From an uncultured Acidimicrobiia bacterium (GTDB lineage Bacteria > Bacteroidota > Bacteroidia > Flavobacteriales > Flavobacteriaceae), in contig CAXMOR010000030.1 in assembly GCA_964195455.1 (NCBI GenBank), positions 502 to 64,501 on the forward strand: a stretch of DNA of 64,000 nucleotides, given 5' to 3'. Positions 1 to 8,317 of this stretch are shown here, one piece after another (position 1 is the first letter of the stretch; each line of letters begins with the position of its first letter). Made by a program: the position numbers and the translations under genes. Under the pieces are notes generated by a model that made no database searches, was not told where the DNA came from, and saw only the letters and a program-made list of their open reading frames with translations.

Positions 1-127
1 ATCCCTTTATTAGTAATATTTAAATATGTAAGGCTACTTATATTTGATGTTGTTACAAGACCATCTATTGCTCCCGAATCATGTCCTAAATCAATTAAGG
101 CTTGCTCGAAAGCAGGATCTGGTATAG
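1..127 (-). repeat. Copy 1 of a 127-bp near-identical direct repeat (module-leader segment of the LRR gene)
   Basis: Aligns with 550..676 with 6 mismatches by eye. Encodes IPDPAFEQALIDLGHDSGAIDGLVTTSNI.SLT.LN.TNKGI. Confidence 0.85.
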
Positions 128-749
128 GGGTGCTATAACAATCTAAATCATATCTCGCTCCAGCATCTATATCAGTCCAGTATGTAGTGCTATAAGCAAC
201 ATCATCTACTTCTATGCAGAATAAATCTGGGTTAGTTGTTGCGTCGAAATAATAGAAATTTGTATTATTTCCATTCTTTACATTTAAACTTGTTAAATCA
301 TTATTATAACATAATAAATTTTCTAAATTGGTATTGCTACTTACATCTAAACTTGTTAAATCATTATTATAACAAAATAAAGTAGTTAAAGCGGTATTAC
401 TACTCACATCTAAACTTGTTAAATCATTACCATCACATTTTAAATCAGCTAAAACGTTATTATTACTCACATCTAAACTTGTTAAACTATTTCTAGAACA
501 TAATAAAACCGTTAAAGAGAAAAAATTTTCTATACCTGTTAAACTTGATATCCCTTTATTAGTAACATTTAAAAATGTAAGGCTATTTATATTTGATGTA
601 GTTACAAGACCATCTATTGCTCCTGAATCATGTCCTAAATCAATTAAAGCTTGCTCGAAAGCAGGATCTGGTATAGAGGTAGTTTGAGCGGTAGTTTCTA
701 GGCTGAAAAAAAACAGCACTAAAAACATTGTAAAAATTAAATTTTTCAT
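1..749 (-). CDS. Secreted leucine-rich-repeat (LRR) multi-module protein, N-terminal part; the gene continues beyond the window start
   Basis: Absent from the ORF track because it runs off the window edge. Reverse-strand translation from ATG 749..747 gives MKNLIFTMFLVLFFFSLETTAQ (signal peptide), then IPDPAFEQALIDLGHDSGAIDGLVTT. Four 21-aa LRR units follow (LTSLDVSxNxxLxxLxCxxND), then a second IPDPAFEQALIDLGHD module. Confidence 0.8.
   Translation of the reverse strand, partial: MKNLIFTMFLVLFFFSLETTAQTTSIPDPAFEQALIDLGHDSGAIDGLVTTSNINSLTFLNVTNKGISSLTGIENFFSLTVLLCSRNSLTSLDVSNNNVLADLKCDGNDLTSLDVSSNTALTTLFCYNNDLTSLDVSSNTNLENLLCYNNDLTSLNVKNGNNTNFYYFDATTNPDLFCIEVDDVAYSTTYWTDIDAGARYDLDCYSTPIPDPAFEQALIDLGHDSGAIDGLVTTSNISSLTYLNITNKG
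280..531 (-). repeat. Four tandem 63-bp units encoding 21-aa LRR repeats inside the LRR gene
   Basis: The motif acatctaaacttgttaaa recurs at 280, 343, 406 and 469, an exact 63-nt period. Each unit translates to ...NDLTSLDVS... Confidence 0.85.
550..676 (-). repeat. Copy 2 of the 127-bp near-identical direct repeat
   Basis: See 1..127. The offset between copies is 549 bp (183 codons), so both copies are in frame. Confidence 0.85.
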
Positions 750-2148
750 ATTTATTCTATTTTATAAAGTGTAATTACTGCTTATCATAAATTTTTGTGC
801 ACCCCAAAGTGAAGGTATATTTAGATCCCTAGTATTTTCATCAATAGTAAATTTATATTATTCAAGGTACATCTAAAGCGTACCTATTTGATATTAATCA
901 CCTTAAAGGCCCTTTTATTAAGATGAATGGAAGTTCCCTAAAGTTAAATAAAAATTTAAGCTTAATTTTAAAAGTTTATATTTATCTTTTGAGAGAAATT
1001 TAATTATTATGTGAAAGAAACTTCCAATAAATATTTAATTATTACACTTCTCCTGGGTATTGTTTTTTTTGGTTCAATTTTTTGACTAAAAAGGGAATTA
1101 CTAAAAATGAGTAATAAAATTGTGGTTATTAAAAGTTTTGTTTGTTTTAAAATAGTCATTCAGTATTATTCTTTAAATTTATTTTTAGTTAGATTTTCCT
1201 TTGTTTATATTACAGCCAAAGTGTTTGTGTAAGAATAGTAAGGAATTAAAATGTACTTACTTTTCGGTTTAGTACTTCGCCAAATTTGGTATTTCTCTTT
1301 ATCTTTCTATAACCGTCAAATTATAAATTTGGTGGACTTTATTAATTGTTTACCATCTTTAGGTTCGGGACTTAACCCTTATTATTTTTATACTTTGTTA
1401 GCGGCTGCCTTTATTTGTGTTTTCCTATTTCGTCCAAATTAAATACAAACTTAAAAAAGGAATCTTGTGATTACACCTTGTCCTATTATCTTGTTTCTGA
1501 ACTTATAGCAAAGATGAGATAATAAGGGCTGTTTTTTTAGCGTTTAAATACGTGTTTAAAAAACAAGTATTTATACCCAGTTTAGCTTTCGTTTTTTGCT
1601 GGCGTATAACTGGTTATATAGTGAACAAACCTACTGATTATGGGTTTATATTTCCAAATAATAGGAAATTTTATACCTTTTATTCGTGGGGGGGGGATAG
1701 CTTTTTTTTATAAATTTAAAAAAAATAAAAAGCCAATCAATCCCTATAAATGGTGAAATTTTTTCCTCTCTGTTTTTGGTAAAAGCTTGGTAATAAAAAA
1801 AAGTGACACCTACTGCAGCGCTCTATTTGTTGAAATTAATTTGGAGTAAATTTGGAACAAATTTAAATAGAATAAGAAGAGTGGGCTTGCAGAAAACTGG
1901 AGATATAAATGTAGTTTACCGCAAAATAGCATCGATATATAAAAGATTACGATACTTCTGCTAAGAAAAAAGGTAACTAAAAAAAACAATTTAAAGGCCT
2001 TTACCAATAGTAGCTATAGCAAAGTATAGAATATAGTGCAGTGCACCATACCGTATTCTAAACACTTATATACATTGGTAGTGAAGTGCTGTTTTTTTTT
2101 AAAATTTAAAACGAAATGTTGGTGCTTTATACTAATGACTAAAAAAAC

Positions 2149-3288
2149 TTAAAATATTCTTTTAATAACGGCTTTGATAAAATTATTAGGCGGCATTTTC
2201 ATTTCAATTTGTAAATCTTCGTAAAGCGAAGTTTCTTCATCTAAAAATTTTAATATTTTCTTAGCAGAAGTGCGTTTAAATAAATGAGTAAAAATAGAAG
2301 CTCCTAAATGGTTTTTTTTATGAAGAATGTCTAATAATAATAAATCATAAAACCAAAATTTATTTGTTTTATGAAATTCAGGCAACGGTTTATGCCGTTT
2401 TATATGCTCAAGGAGTTTTGCTGTTTTTTTAGTGGTATTTTTAAACGTAAAGCCTGTACTTGCTTTTGACCACCCTCCGGCTGTGCCAATATGAATAATA
2501 TTGTTAGCATTATTTTTCCAGAATTTATAGCAGGTCATGGGTATGGAACCTTGCTCTTTTTCTACAATTTCATAATCCGTAATATTTCTATCTTCTAAAT
2601 ATTTTTTAATTTCTAATTTGTACTCATCGTAAGGCAATACATCTTGTGAAAACAATGTATATTCAAACAAAGCTTCGTTTTTAGCATATGGTAAAATATA
2701 CATAAAACGTGTATTTCCTTTTTGAGCCACGGTAAAGTCCATAAAAGTTGCAGCACTCTCATCAAAATAGTTTTCTTTCGTTTTTATAAAAAACCCAACA
2801 AAATGCTGCTGTAAAACAGGGTATTTCGTTTGCTTTTTATACGCATCATTAAACAAAATACTATTTAAAATAGTCTTTGTTTTAAAGATTTTTTGAGCAG
2901 TAACTACTTCTGCTAAATTATCTCGTTGGTGAATGCTAACAACGTTTGTTTTTTGAAAAGTAATATTTGATTTAGTTGCTAAATGAGACCAGATTTTTGT
3001 GTAAAAATCTTTACTGCGAATCATTTTATATTGATAAGGAGCAATACTTTCTTCAACAGAATGAAGCTCACTTTTAAAAATAATATTTTTCCAAGAAGCA
3101 CTTACAATATCATTCCACTCATCATTTTTAGTATCCCAATAACACCAAGTTCTATCGTTTACATTTTTCTTTTCTGCATCTAAAATTAAGATTGATGTAT
3201 CATCAAAAAAAGCATCTTTAGACATTCTGTATGCCATCATTAAACCAGATGCACCTCCACCAACAATTATGTAGTCGTAATAATTCAT
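2149..3288 (-). CDS. crtY: Lycopene beta-cyclase (CrtY-type)
   Basis: 379 aa with an N-terminal dinucleotide-binding motif IIVGGGASG. Size and position at the distal end of the crtI-crtB-crtZ cluster fit a CrtY-type cyclase. Confidence 0.8.
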   Translation of the reverse strand: MNYYDYIIVGGGASGLMMAYRMSKDAFFDDTSILILDAEKKNVNDRTWCYWDTKNDEWNDIVSASWKNIIFKSELHSVEESIAPYQYKMIRSKDFYTKIWSHLATKSNITFQKTNVVSIHQRDNLAEVVTAQKIFKTKTILNSILFNDAYKKQTKYPVLQQHFVGFFIKTKENYFDESAATFMDFTVAQKGNTRFMYILPYAKNEALFEYTLFSQDVLPYDEYKLEIKKYLEDRNITDYEIVEKEQGSIPMTCYKFWKNNANNIIHIGTAGGWSKASTGFTFKNTTKKTAKLLEHIKRHKPLPEFHKTNKFWFYDLLLLDILHKKNHLGASIFTHLFKRTSAKKILKFLDEETSLYEDLQIEMKMPPNNFIKAVIKRIF

Positions 3289-3360
3289 TAGCGTTAAATG
3301 AGGTTATTAATATTGAACTAAAGATATAAGAATAAAGTAAAGTACACTTTTACTATAAAT

Positions 3361-3804
3361 TTAAATTTTAGGCTTTTGAAAATATTTGAAGGGTACAAAC
3401 AACATTCCGAAACATTGGCTATCTTCTTTTCTCATATTTTTATGATGAATTTTATGTGCCTTTCTTAATCCTTTTAAATAAAAGTTATTGGTGTTTTTAA
3501 ACCATTTAAAGCGTTGATGTATTAATACGTCATGCACTAAAAAGTATGCTAAGCCGTAACATAAAATACCAAGACCAATATAGAACAAATAAGTATGTTG
3601 CGTATATGTGCCGTAGTAGAATAAAGCCATGCTTGGTAAGGCAAAAATAATAAAAAAAGCATCATTTTTTTCGAAACCATTATACTTTGGTTGATGATGA
3701 TCTTCATGTAAATACCATCCAAAACCGTGCATTACAAATTTGTGTGTACACCAACTAATGCCTTCCATTAATAAAAAAACAGCAAGCGTAATAAATAACA
3801 GCAT
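3361..3804 (-). CDS. crtZ: Beta-carotene 3-hydroxylase
   Basis: 147 aa membrane protein with His boxes HKFVMHG, HEDHH, HDVLIHQR and HKIHH (fatty-acid hydroxylase superfamily). Its start overlaps the crtB stop (TAATG). Confidence 0.85.
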   Translation of the reverse strand: MLLFITLAVFLLMEGISWCTHKFVMHGFGWYLHEDHHQPKYNGFEKNDAFFIIFALPSMALFYYGTYTQHTYLFYIGLGILCYGLAYFLVHDVLIHQRFKWFKNTNNFYLKGLRKAHKIHHKNMRKEDSQCFGMLFVPFKYFQKPKI

Positions 3805-4649
3805 TATTTTATAATATTTAATTTATATTTTACATAGCTTCTGGCCAATAAATTTATTTTCATTGGGTCTGAAATACGAATACGAGTGTCCATAATTTTT
3901 TCTGAAGGCACGGCTTTTAATTTTTTCAATAATCTTCTGTAATATCTGTACGCCATATACACTCCAAATTTAGCTTCAACCGGCAATTTAAGAATTCCGT
4001 TTTTATAAGCAAAATCGAAATCTTCTTCAATTTCATCAATAATAATTTGTTTTGAGGCTGCATTTAATTCCCCCAAATTTATATTCGGAAAATACGAACG
4101 ATTTAAAACCTCATAATCATCTTTTAAATCTCGTAAAAAATTCACTTTTTGAAATGCAGATCCTAGGCGCATTGCAGCATCTTTTAGTTCTTCATACATT
4201 TCATTATTTCCGTTCACGAATACTTTTAAACACATTAAACCTACAACATCTGCAGAACCATAAATATATTCGTCGTACTCTGCTTTGGTTTGATATTCCG
4301 TTTTATATAAATCGGCTTTCATACTTTTTAAAAAAGCTTGCACCATTTCATCCGGAATTTTATAGGTACTTACGGTTCGTTGAAATGAATTTAAAATCGG
4401 ATTTAAACTAATGCCCAACTCCATTGAAAGATAATAATCTCTTTCAAAATGTTCCATTAATTTCTCTTTATCATACTCATGAAACGTGTCTACAATTTCA
4501 TCAGCAAAACGCACAAAACCATAAATATTATAGATGTCTGTTCTAATTTTTGGAGACAACATATTTACCGCTAAAGAAAAAGAGGTACTATAACTTTTCG
4601 TAACTAGTTTACTGCAATCATTAGAAACACTATCAAATAATTCTTTCAT
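3804..4649 (-). CDS. crtB: Phytoene synthase
   Basis: 281 aa with squalene/phytoene synthase motifs YGFVRFADEIVD, YIYGSADVVGLM and VNFLRDLKDD. Confidence 0.9.
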   Translation of the reverse strand: MKELFDSVSNDCSKLVTKSYSTSFSLAVNMLSPKIRTDIYNIYGFVRFADEIVDTFHEYDKEKLMEHFERDYYLSMELGISLNPILNSFQRTVSTYKIPDEMVQAFLKSMKADLYKTEYQTKAEYDEYIYGSADVVGLMCLKVFVNGNNEMYEELKDAAMRLGSAFQKVNFLRDLKDDYEVLNRSYFPNINLGELNAASKQIIIDEIEEDFDFAYKNGILKLPVEAKFGVYMAYRYYRRLLKKLKAVPSEKIMDTRIRISDPMKINLLARSYVKYKLNIIK

Positions 4650-4650
4650 C

Positions 4651-6117
4651 TTATTTTTGATTTTTCATGATTAATTCTGATGCTATTTTTCCTGAGATCA
4701 ATGCTGGTGGAACTCCAGGCCCCGGAACTGTCAATTGACCCGTAAAATACAAATTATTTACTTTACTACTTTTTATTTTTGGCCTTAAAAAAGCAGTTTG
4801 TAAAAGCGTATTTGCCATTCCGTATGCATTTCCTTTATACGAATTGTATTCTTCTTTAAAATCATTCACACAAAACGATTTTTTGAACAACACATCATCT
4901 TTCACTTTTTGATTAGTTAAGTTTTCAAACCTATCCATTATTTTGTGAAAATATTCTTCTCTTAATTCAGGCGTATCCTTAATTCCTGGCGCTAAAGGAA
5001 TTAAGAAAAATCCTGCTTCTTTTCCTTTAGGTGCAGATGTTTTGTCTGTTATTGAAGTAAAATTCGCATAGAACAAAGGATCTGTTGGCCATTGTGGATT
5101 GTCATATATTTCTTTTGCATGCAAATCAAAATCTGTATCAAAAAACAATGTATGATGACTTACATTTTTTATCTTTTTATTAAAACCAACATAAAATAAA
5201 AGCGATGAGGGAGCAAATGTTTTTTTGTCCCAATAATTTTCTGAATATTGTCTTACATTTTTATCTAATAGTGTTTCTGTATGATGATAATCTGCACCAC
5301 TTAAAACTAAAGTTGTTGCCACTTTCTCTCCATTAACTTTTAATCCAACAACATTTTTGGATGAATCCGTAATAATTTTTTCAACGTTCGCATTCGTTTT
5401 AAAGTTTACTCCTAAACTTTCTGCTAAAGAAACCATACCTTCAATAACGGTATACATCCCTCCTCTTGGGTGCCAAGTTCCTAATCCAAAATCTGCATAA
5501 TTCATGAAATTATAAAATGCTGGTGTATTGCTTGGTTTTGCACCTAGAAATAATACAGGAAATTCTAAAATTTTTATTAATTTAGGGCTCTTTATGTTTT
5601 TTCTAACTTGTTTTCGTATCGTTGAAAAAAACTGCGTAACTCTTGCTATAGTTGTTGTATTTACTAATTCTAAAGGCGAAACTCCTGGCTTATAAACTAA
5701 ATCCTTTATGGCAGTATCATAATTAGATTTTGCAGAACCTAAAAAGGATTTTAAATGCTTTGCACTTCCTTTTTCTTCTTCTTCGAACATTTTATAAATA
5801 TCATCTAAGTTTTCAGAAATCTTTAAAGAAGAATTTTCACCGAAGTACACTTCGTAACCAGGACTTAATTTATCTAAGGTGTAATAATCAGAAGGTTTTT
5901 TACCAAAATCAGCAAAAAAACGCTCAAAAACATCTGGCATCCAATACCAAGAAGGGCCAATATCGAAAGTAAAACCATCCTTTTTGAATTGTCTTGCTCT
6001 GCCCCCTAAAGTATCATTTTTTTCTAATACGGTTACATTAAATCCTTGTTTTGCTAAATAGCATGAAGACGCTAAAGCAGAAAAGCCAGAGCCAATTATA
6101 TGAATATTATTGTTCAT
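4651..6117 (-). CDS. crtI: Phytoene desaturase
   Basis: 488 aa. The N-terminal Rossmann motif is IIGSGFSALASSCYLAKQGFNVTVLEKNDTLGGR and the C-terminal motif is FTGQLTVPGPGVP. The stop lies 1 nt from the crtB start. Confidence 0.9.
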   Translation of the reverse strand: MNNNIHIIGSGFSALASSCYLAKQGFNVTVLEKNDTLGGRARQFKKDGFTFDIGPSWYWMPDVFERFFADFGKKPSDYYTLDKLSPGYEVYFGENSSLKISENLDDIYKMFEEEEKGSAKHLKSFLGSAKSNYDTAIKDLVYKPGVSPLELVNTTTIARVTQFFSTIRKQVRKNIKSPKLIKILEFPVLFLGAKPSNTPAFYNFMNYADFGLGTWHPRGGMYTVIEGMVSLAESLGVNFKTNANVEKIITDSSKNVVGLKVNGEKVATTLVLSGADYHHTETLLDKNVRQYSENYWDKKTFAPSSLLFYVGFNKKIKNVSHHTLFFDTDFDLHAKEIYDNPQWPTDPLFYANFTSITDKTSAPKGKEAGFFLIPLAPGIKDTPELREEYFHKIMDRFENLTNQKVKDDVLFKKSFCVNDFKEEYNSYKGNAYGMANTLLQTAFLRPKIKSSKVNNLYFTGQLTVPGPGVPPALISGKIASELIMKNQK

Positions 6118-6179
6118 TATTTATTTTGTCTAACAAATATAGATATTAATTAAACATCTAATTAAAAAAGAATACAGTT

Positions 6180-7073
6180 TTATAAGACTTTTAACAAATC
6201 TGGTATAGAATCATATAATTGAATATTAGCATTTAATTTAAGGTGCTTTACTTTACTAATCTTCCTTCCTGTTGCAATAAATTTATTCTTGGTATCTGCC
6301 ATAACTTCCGTAATCTCTTGGAAATAATCTGAAATTTGATCATCGTAAGGCTGAATCGTTAAAGAGGTTATAAAGCATATTTCTCTATCACTCTCTAAAA
6401 AATAATTTAAATTATTTAAAGGCAAACTTTGCCCAAGGTAAACTGTGTGAAATCCTCTAAGAACTAATTCATAATTTAAGTATAATAGCCCTAGTTCATG
6501 AATTTCATTTTCAGGTAAAAATAATACATAGGTTTTATTTGTATTATTAATATTGTATTGAAGTTTTTCTGTATTCGCTTGAATTTTTTGGGCAATAAGG
6601 TTCGAAATGAAATGTTCGTGCGCAGGCAGTAAAGTTTCGGTCTGCCATAATAATCCTATATTTTCTAAAAAAGGAAGAAAAACATCTCGAAAAATATCTC
6701 TAAATGTTTTCTTATGCAATAATGTGTTGTAAGAATTATTAAATAAAACTTTATCAAATTGAAACATCGCTAACTTAAAAGCGTTTATAGCTTCATCGTT
6801 AATAGCCGTATTAAAAGCTAATTCTCTTGCTTGCAGTGTTATTTCTTCTACAGACATCTCTGCAATTTTAGAAATTTTGAAATTATTGGTATTTAAGAGA
6901 ACAATATTTAAAAGTTTAGTTAAATCTGCTGGAGTGTAAAACCTTATGTTCGTTTCTGTTCTTTTAGGTGCTAATAAATTATAGCGTTTTTCCCATATTC
7001 TAATGGTATGTGCTTTAATTCCAGAGATATTCTCAAGGTCTTTTATTGTGAAATTCTGTTTAATATTGTTCAA
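6180..7073 (-). CDS. MerR-family regulator with a C-terminal cobalamin-binding module (candidate CarH/LitR-like B12 photoreceptor repressor)
   Basis: 297 aa with a TTG start. The MerR HTH is FTIKDLENISGIKAHTIRIWEKRY. W143-x9-E153-H154 (WQTETLLPAHEH) is at nt 6612..6647. E190-x-H192-x-x-G195 (EIHELG) is at nt 6489..6506, followed about 42 residues later by S-L-T. Confidence 0.8.
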   Translation of the reverse strand: MNNIKQNFTIKDLENISGIKAHTIRIWEKRYNLLAPKRTETNIRFYTPADLTKLLNIVLLNTNNFKISKIAEMSVEEITLQARELAFNTAINDEAINAFKLAMFQFDKVLFNNSYNTLLHKKTFRDIFRDVFLPFLENIGLLWQTETLLPAHEHFISNLIAQKIQANTEKLQYNINNTNKTYVLFLPENEIHELGLLYLNYELVLRGFHTVYLGQSLPLNNLNYFLESDREICFITSLTIQPYDDQISDYFQEITEVMADTKNKFIATGRKISKVKHLKLNANIQLYDSIPDLLKVL

Positions 7074-7094
7074 TTTTTTCCATTTTCAATACAG

Positions 7095-7122
7095 CAAATT
7101 TAAGTAATTTAATTATATTCAA
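7095..7122 (-). promoter_or_regulatory. Candidate Bacteroidota sigma-A promoter for the MerR-crt operon
   Basis: The minus strand reads TTG (7122..7120), a 17-nt spacer, then TAAATTTG (7102..7095). The -7 box ends 22 nt upstream of the TTG start codon at 7073. This matches the published TTG / TAnnTTTG consensus. Confidence 0.4.
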
Positions 7123-7193
7123 ATATATTTTTTTTTAAAAATGTAACATTTTATACTTTTACACTACTTATAAGTAAACTAAAAAAATAGCGA

Positions 7194-7688
7194 TTGCAAA
7201 AAGATTTAGAAACTAAATTTTTATCGGACTTTGAACAAAATCAAAATATAGCACATAAAATTTGTAGAATTTACACAACAAATCAAGATGCACACAATGA
7301 TTTATTTCAAGAAATAACGATACAACTTTGGAAAAATTATCCAAAGTTTAGAGGGGACTCTAAATTTAGCACTTGGATGTATAGGGTTGCTTTAAATACC
7401 GCAATTTCCTTATATCGAAAATCAACCAGAACAATAAAAACACAAGATATTAGTGATTTTGCTTATAAAGTTAAAGCCACGGATTATGATAATACAGAAG
7501 AACTGCAACTAAAAGCCTTATACAGAGCAATACATAAATTAAGTGATATTGATAAAGCTTTAATATTTTTATATCTAGAAGACAAACCTTATTCAGAAAT
7601 TTCCGAAACATTAGGAATATCTTCAGTAAATGCAAGAGTAAAAATGAACAGAGCCAAAGAAAAATTAAAAAATATATTAAACCCATAA
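7194..7688 (+). CDS. ECF-type RNA polymerase sigma-70 factor
   Basis: 164 aa with a TTG start. Region 2 reads DLFQEITIQLWKNYPKFRGDSKFSTWMYRVALNTAISLYRK and the region 4 HTH reads YSEISETLGISSVNARVKMNRAKEKL. Confidence 0.9.
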   Translation: MQKDLETKFLSDFEQNQNIAHKICRIYTTNQDAHNDLFQEITIQLWKNYPKFRGDSKFSTWMYRVALNTAISLYRKSTRTIKTQDISDFAYKVKATDYDNTEELQLKALYRAIHKLSDIDKALIFLYLEDKPYSEISETLGISSVNARVKMNRAKEKLKNILNP

Positions 7689-7690
7689 TC

Positions 7691-8305
7691 ATGGATTTAT
7701 TAGAGAAATATAAAAAAGTTTGGGATAATCAACCTAAAGAAACTCGTAAGCTTTCGACTTTAGAAATTTATAAGTTAGCACACTCGAAATCATCATCAAT
7801 TGTAAAATGGATTTTTATTATTGGTATTTTAGAATTTGTCGTACTAAACTCCTTATACTTTGTTTTGGATATGGATGAAGCGTATGCTGAATATGATAAA
7901 ATGGGGTTACAAAACTTTATTTTCTATTCTCAAATTGTAGCATACATAATATTGTTTTATTTTTTGGTGATGTTCTACTTAAATTATAAAAGAATTTCTA
8001 CCACAGATTCAACAAGAACATTGATGAAAAAAATAATTAAAACTAGAAAAACTGTTCGAAATTATGTGTTGTTTAACTTAAGTTATTTGGCATTAGTAAT
8101 GATCGTTGTCTCTATAACGTCTATAAACACTAATTTTGATGAATTAAACAACAAGCAAATTGTTTTAATAATAATTTCAACTCTTATTGCTACACTCTTA
8201 ATTTTAGGCATTTTATGGTTATTCTACCAATTATTATACGGTATACTACTTAAAAAGTTAAAAAGAAATTATAAAGAATTGGCTAAATTAAATCTCGAAA
8301 ATTAA
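7691..8305 (+). CDS. 4-TM membrane protein, putative anti-sigma partner of the ECF sigma factor
   Basis: 204 aa. The start is 2 nt after the sigma gene stop. It has a short cytoplasmic N-terminus followed by four hydrophobic helices. It contains no Cys, so it is not a zinc (ZAS) anti-sigma factor. The function is assigned only from its position. Confidence 0.55.
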   Translation: MDLLEKYKKVWDNQPKETRKLSTLEIYKLAHSKSSSIVKWIFIIGILEFVVLNSLYFVLDMDEAYAEYDKMGLQNFIFYSQIVAYIILFYFLVMFYLNYKRISTTDSTRTLMKKIIKTRKTVRNYVLFNLSYLALVMIVVSITSINTNFDELNNKQIVLIIISTLIATLLILGILWLFYQLLYGILLKKLKRNYKELAKLNLEN

Positions 8306-8317
8306 GGTCTTTTAATT

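Noticed and set aside
280-531. Regular 63-bp tandem repeats that could superficially resemble a CRISPR-like array.
   Set aside because: The units are contiguous with no unique spacers. They lie in frame inside the LRR gene and translate to canonical 21-aa leucine-rich repeats.
1362-1385. The GGTTCGGGACTTAACC segment resembles a tRNA T-arm.
   Set aside because: The loop does not fit the TTCRANY consensus. No acceptor, D or anticodon stems can be built around it.
7154-7175. Possible CarH operator. TACTTTTACAC matches the Thermus CarH 11-bp direct-repeat consensus nAnnTnnACAn, and the next 11-mer TACTTATAAGT repeats TACTT in phase.
   Set aside because: Only one of the expected three tandem repeats matches. 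The second lacks ACA, and the site is on the sigma-gene side rather than over the -33 region of the MerR promoter. This is too weak to call.
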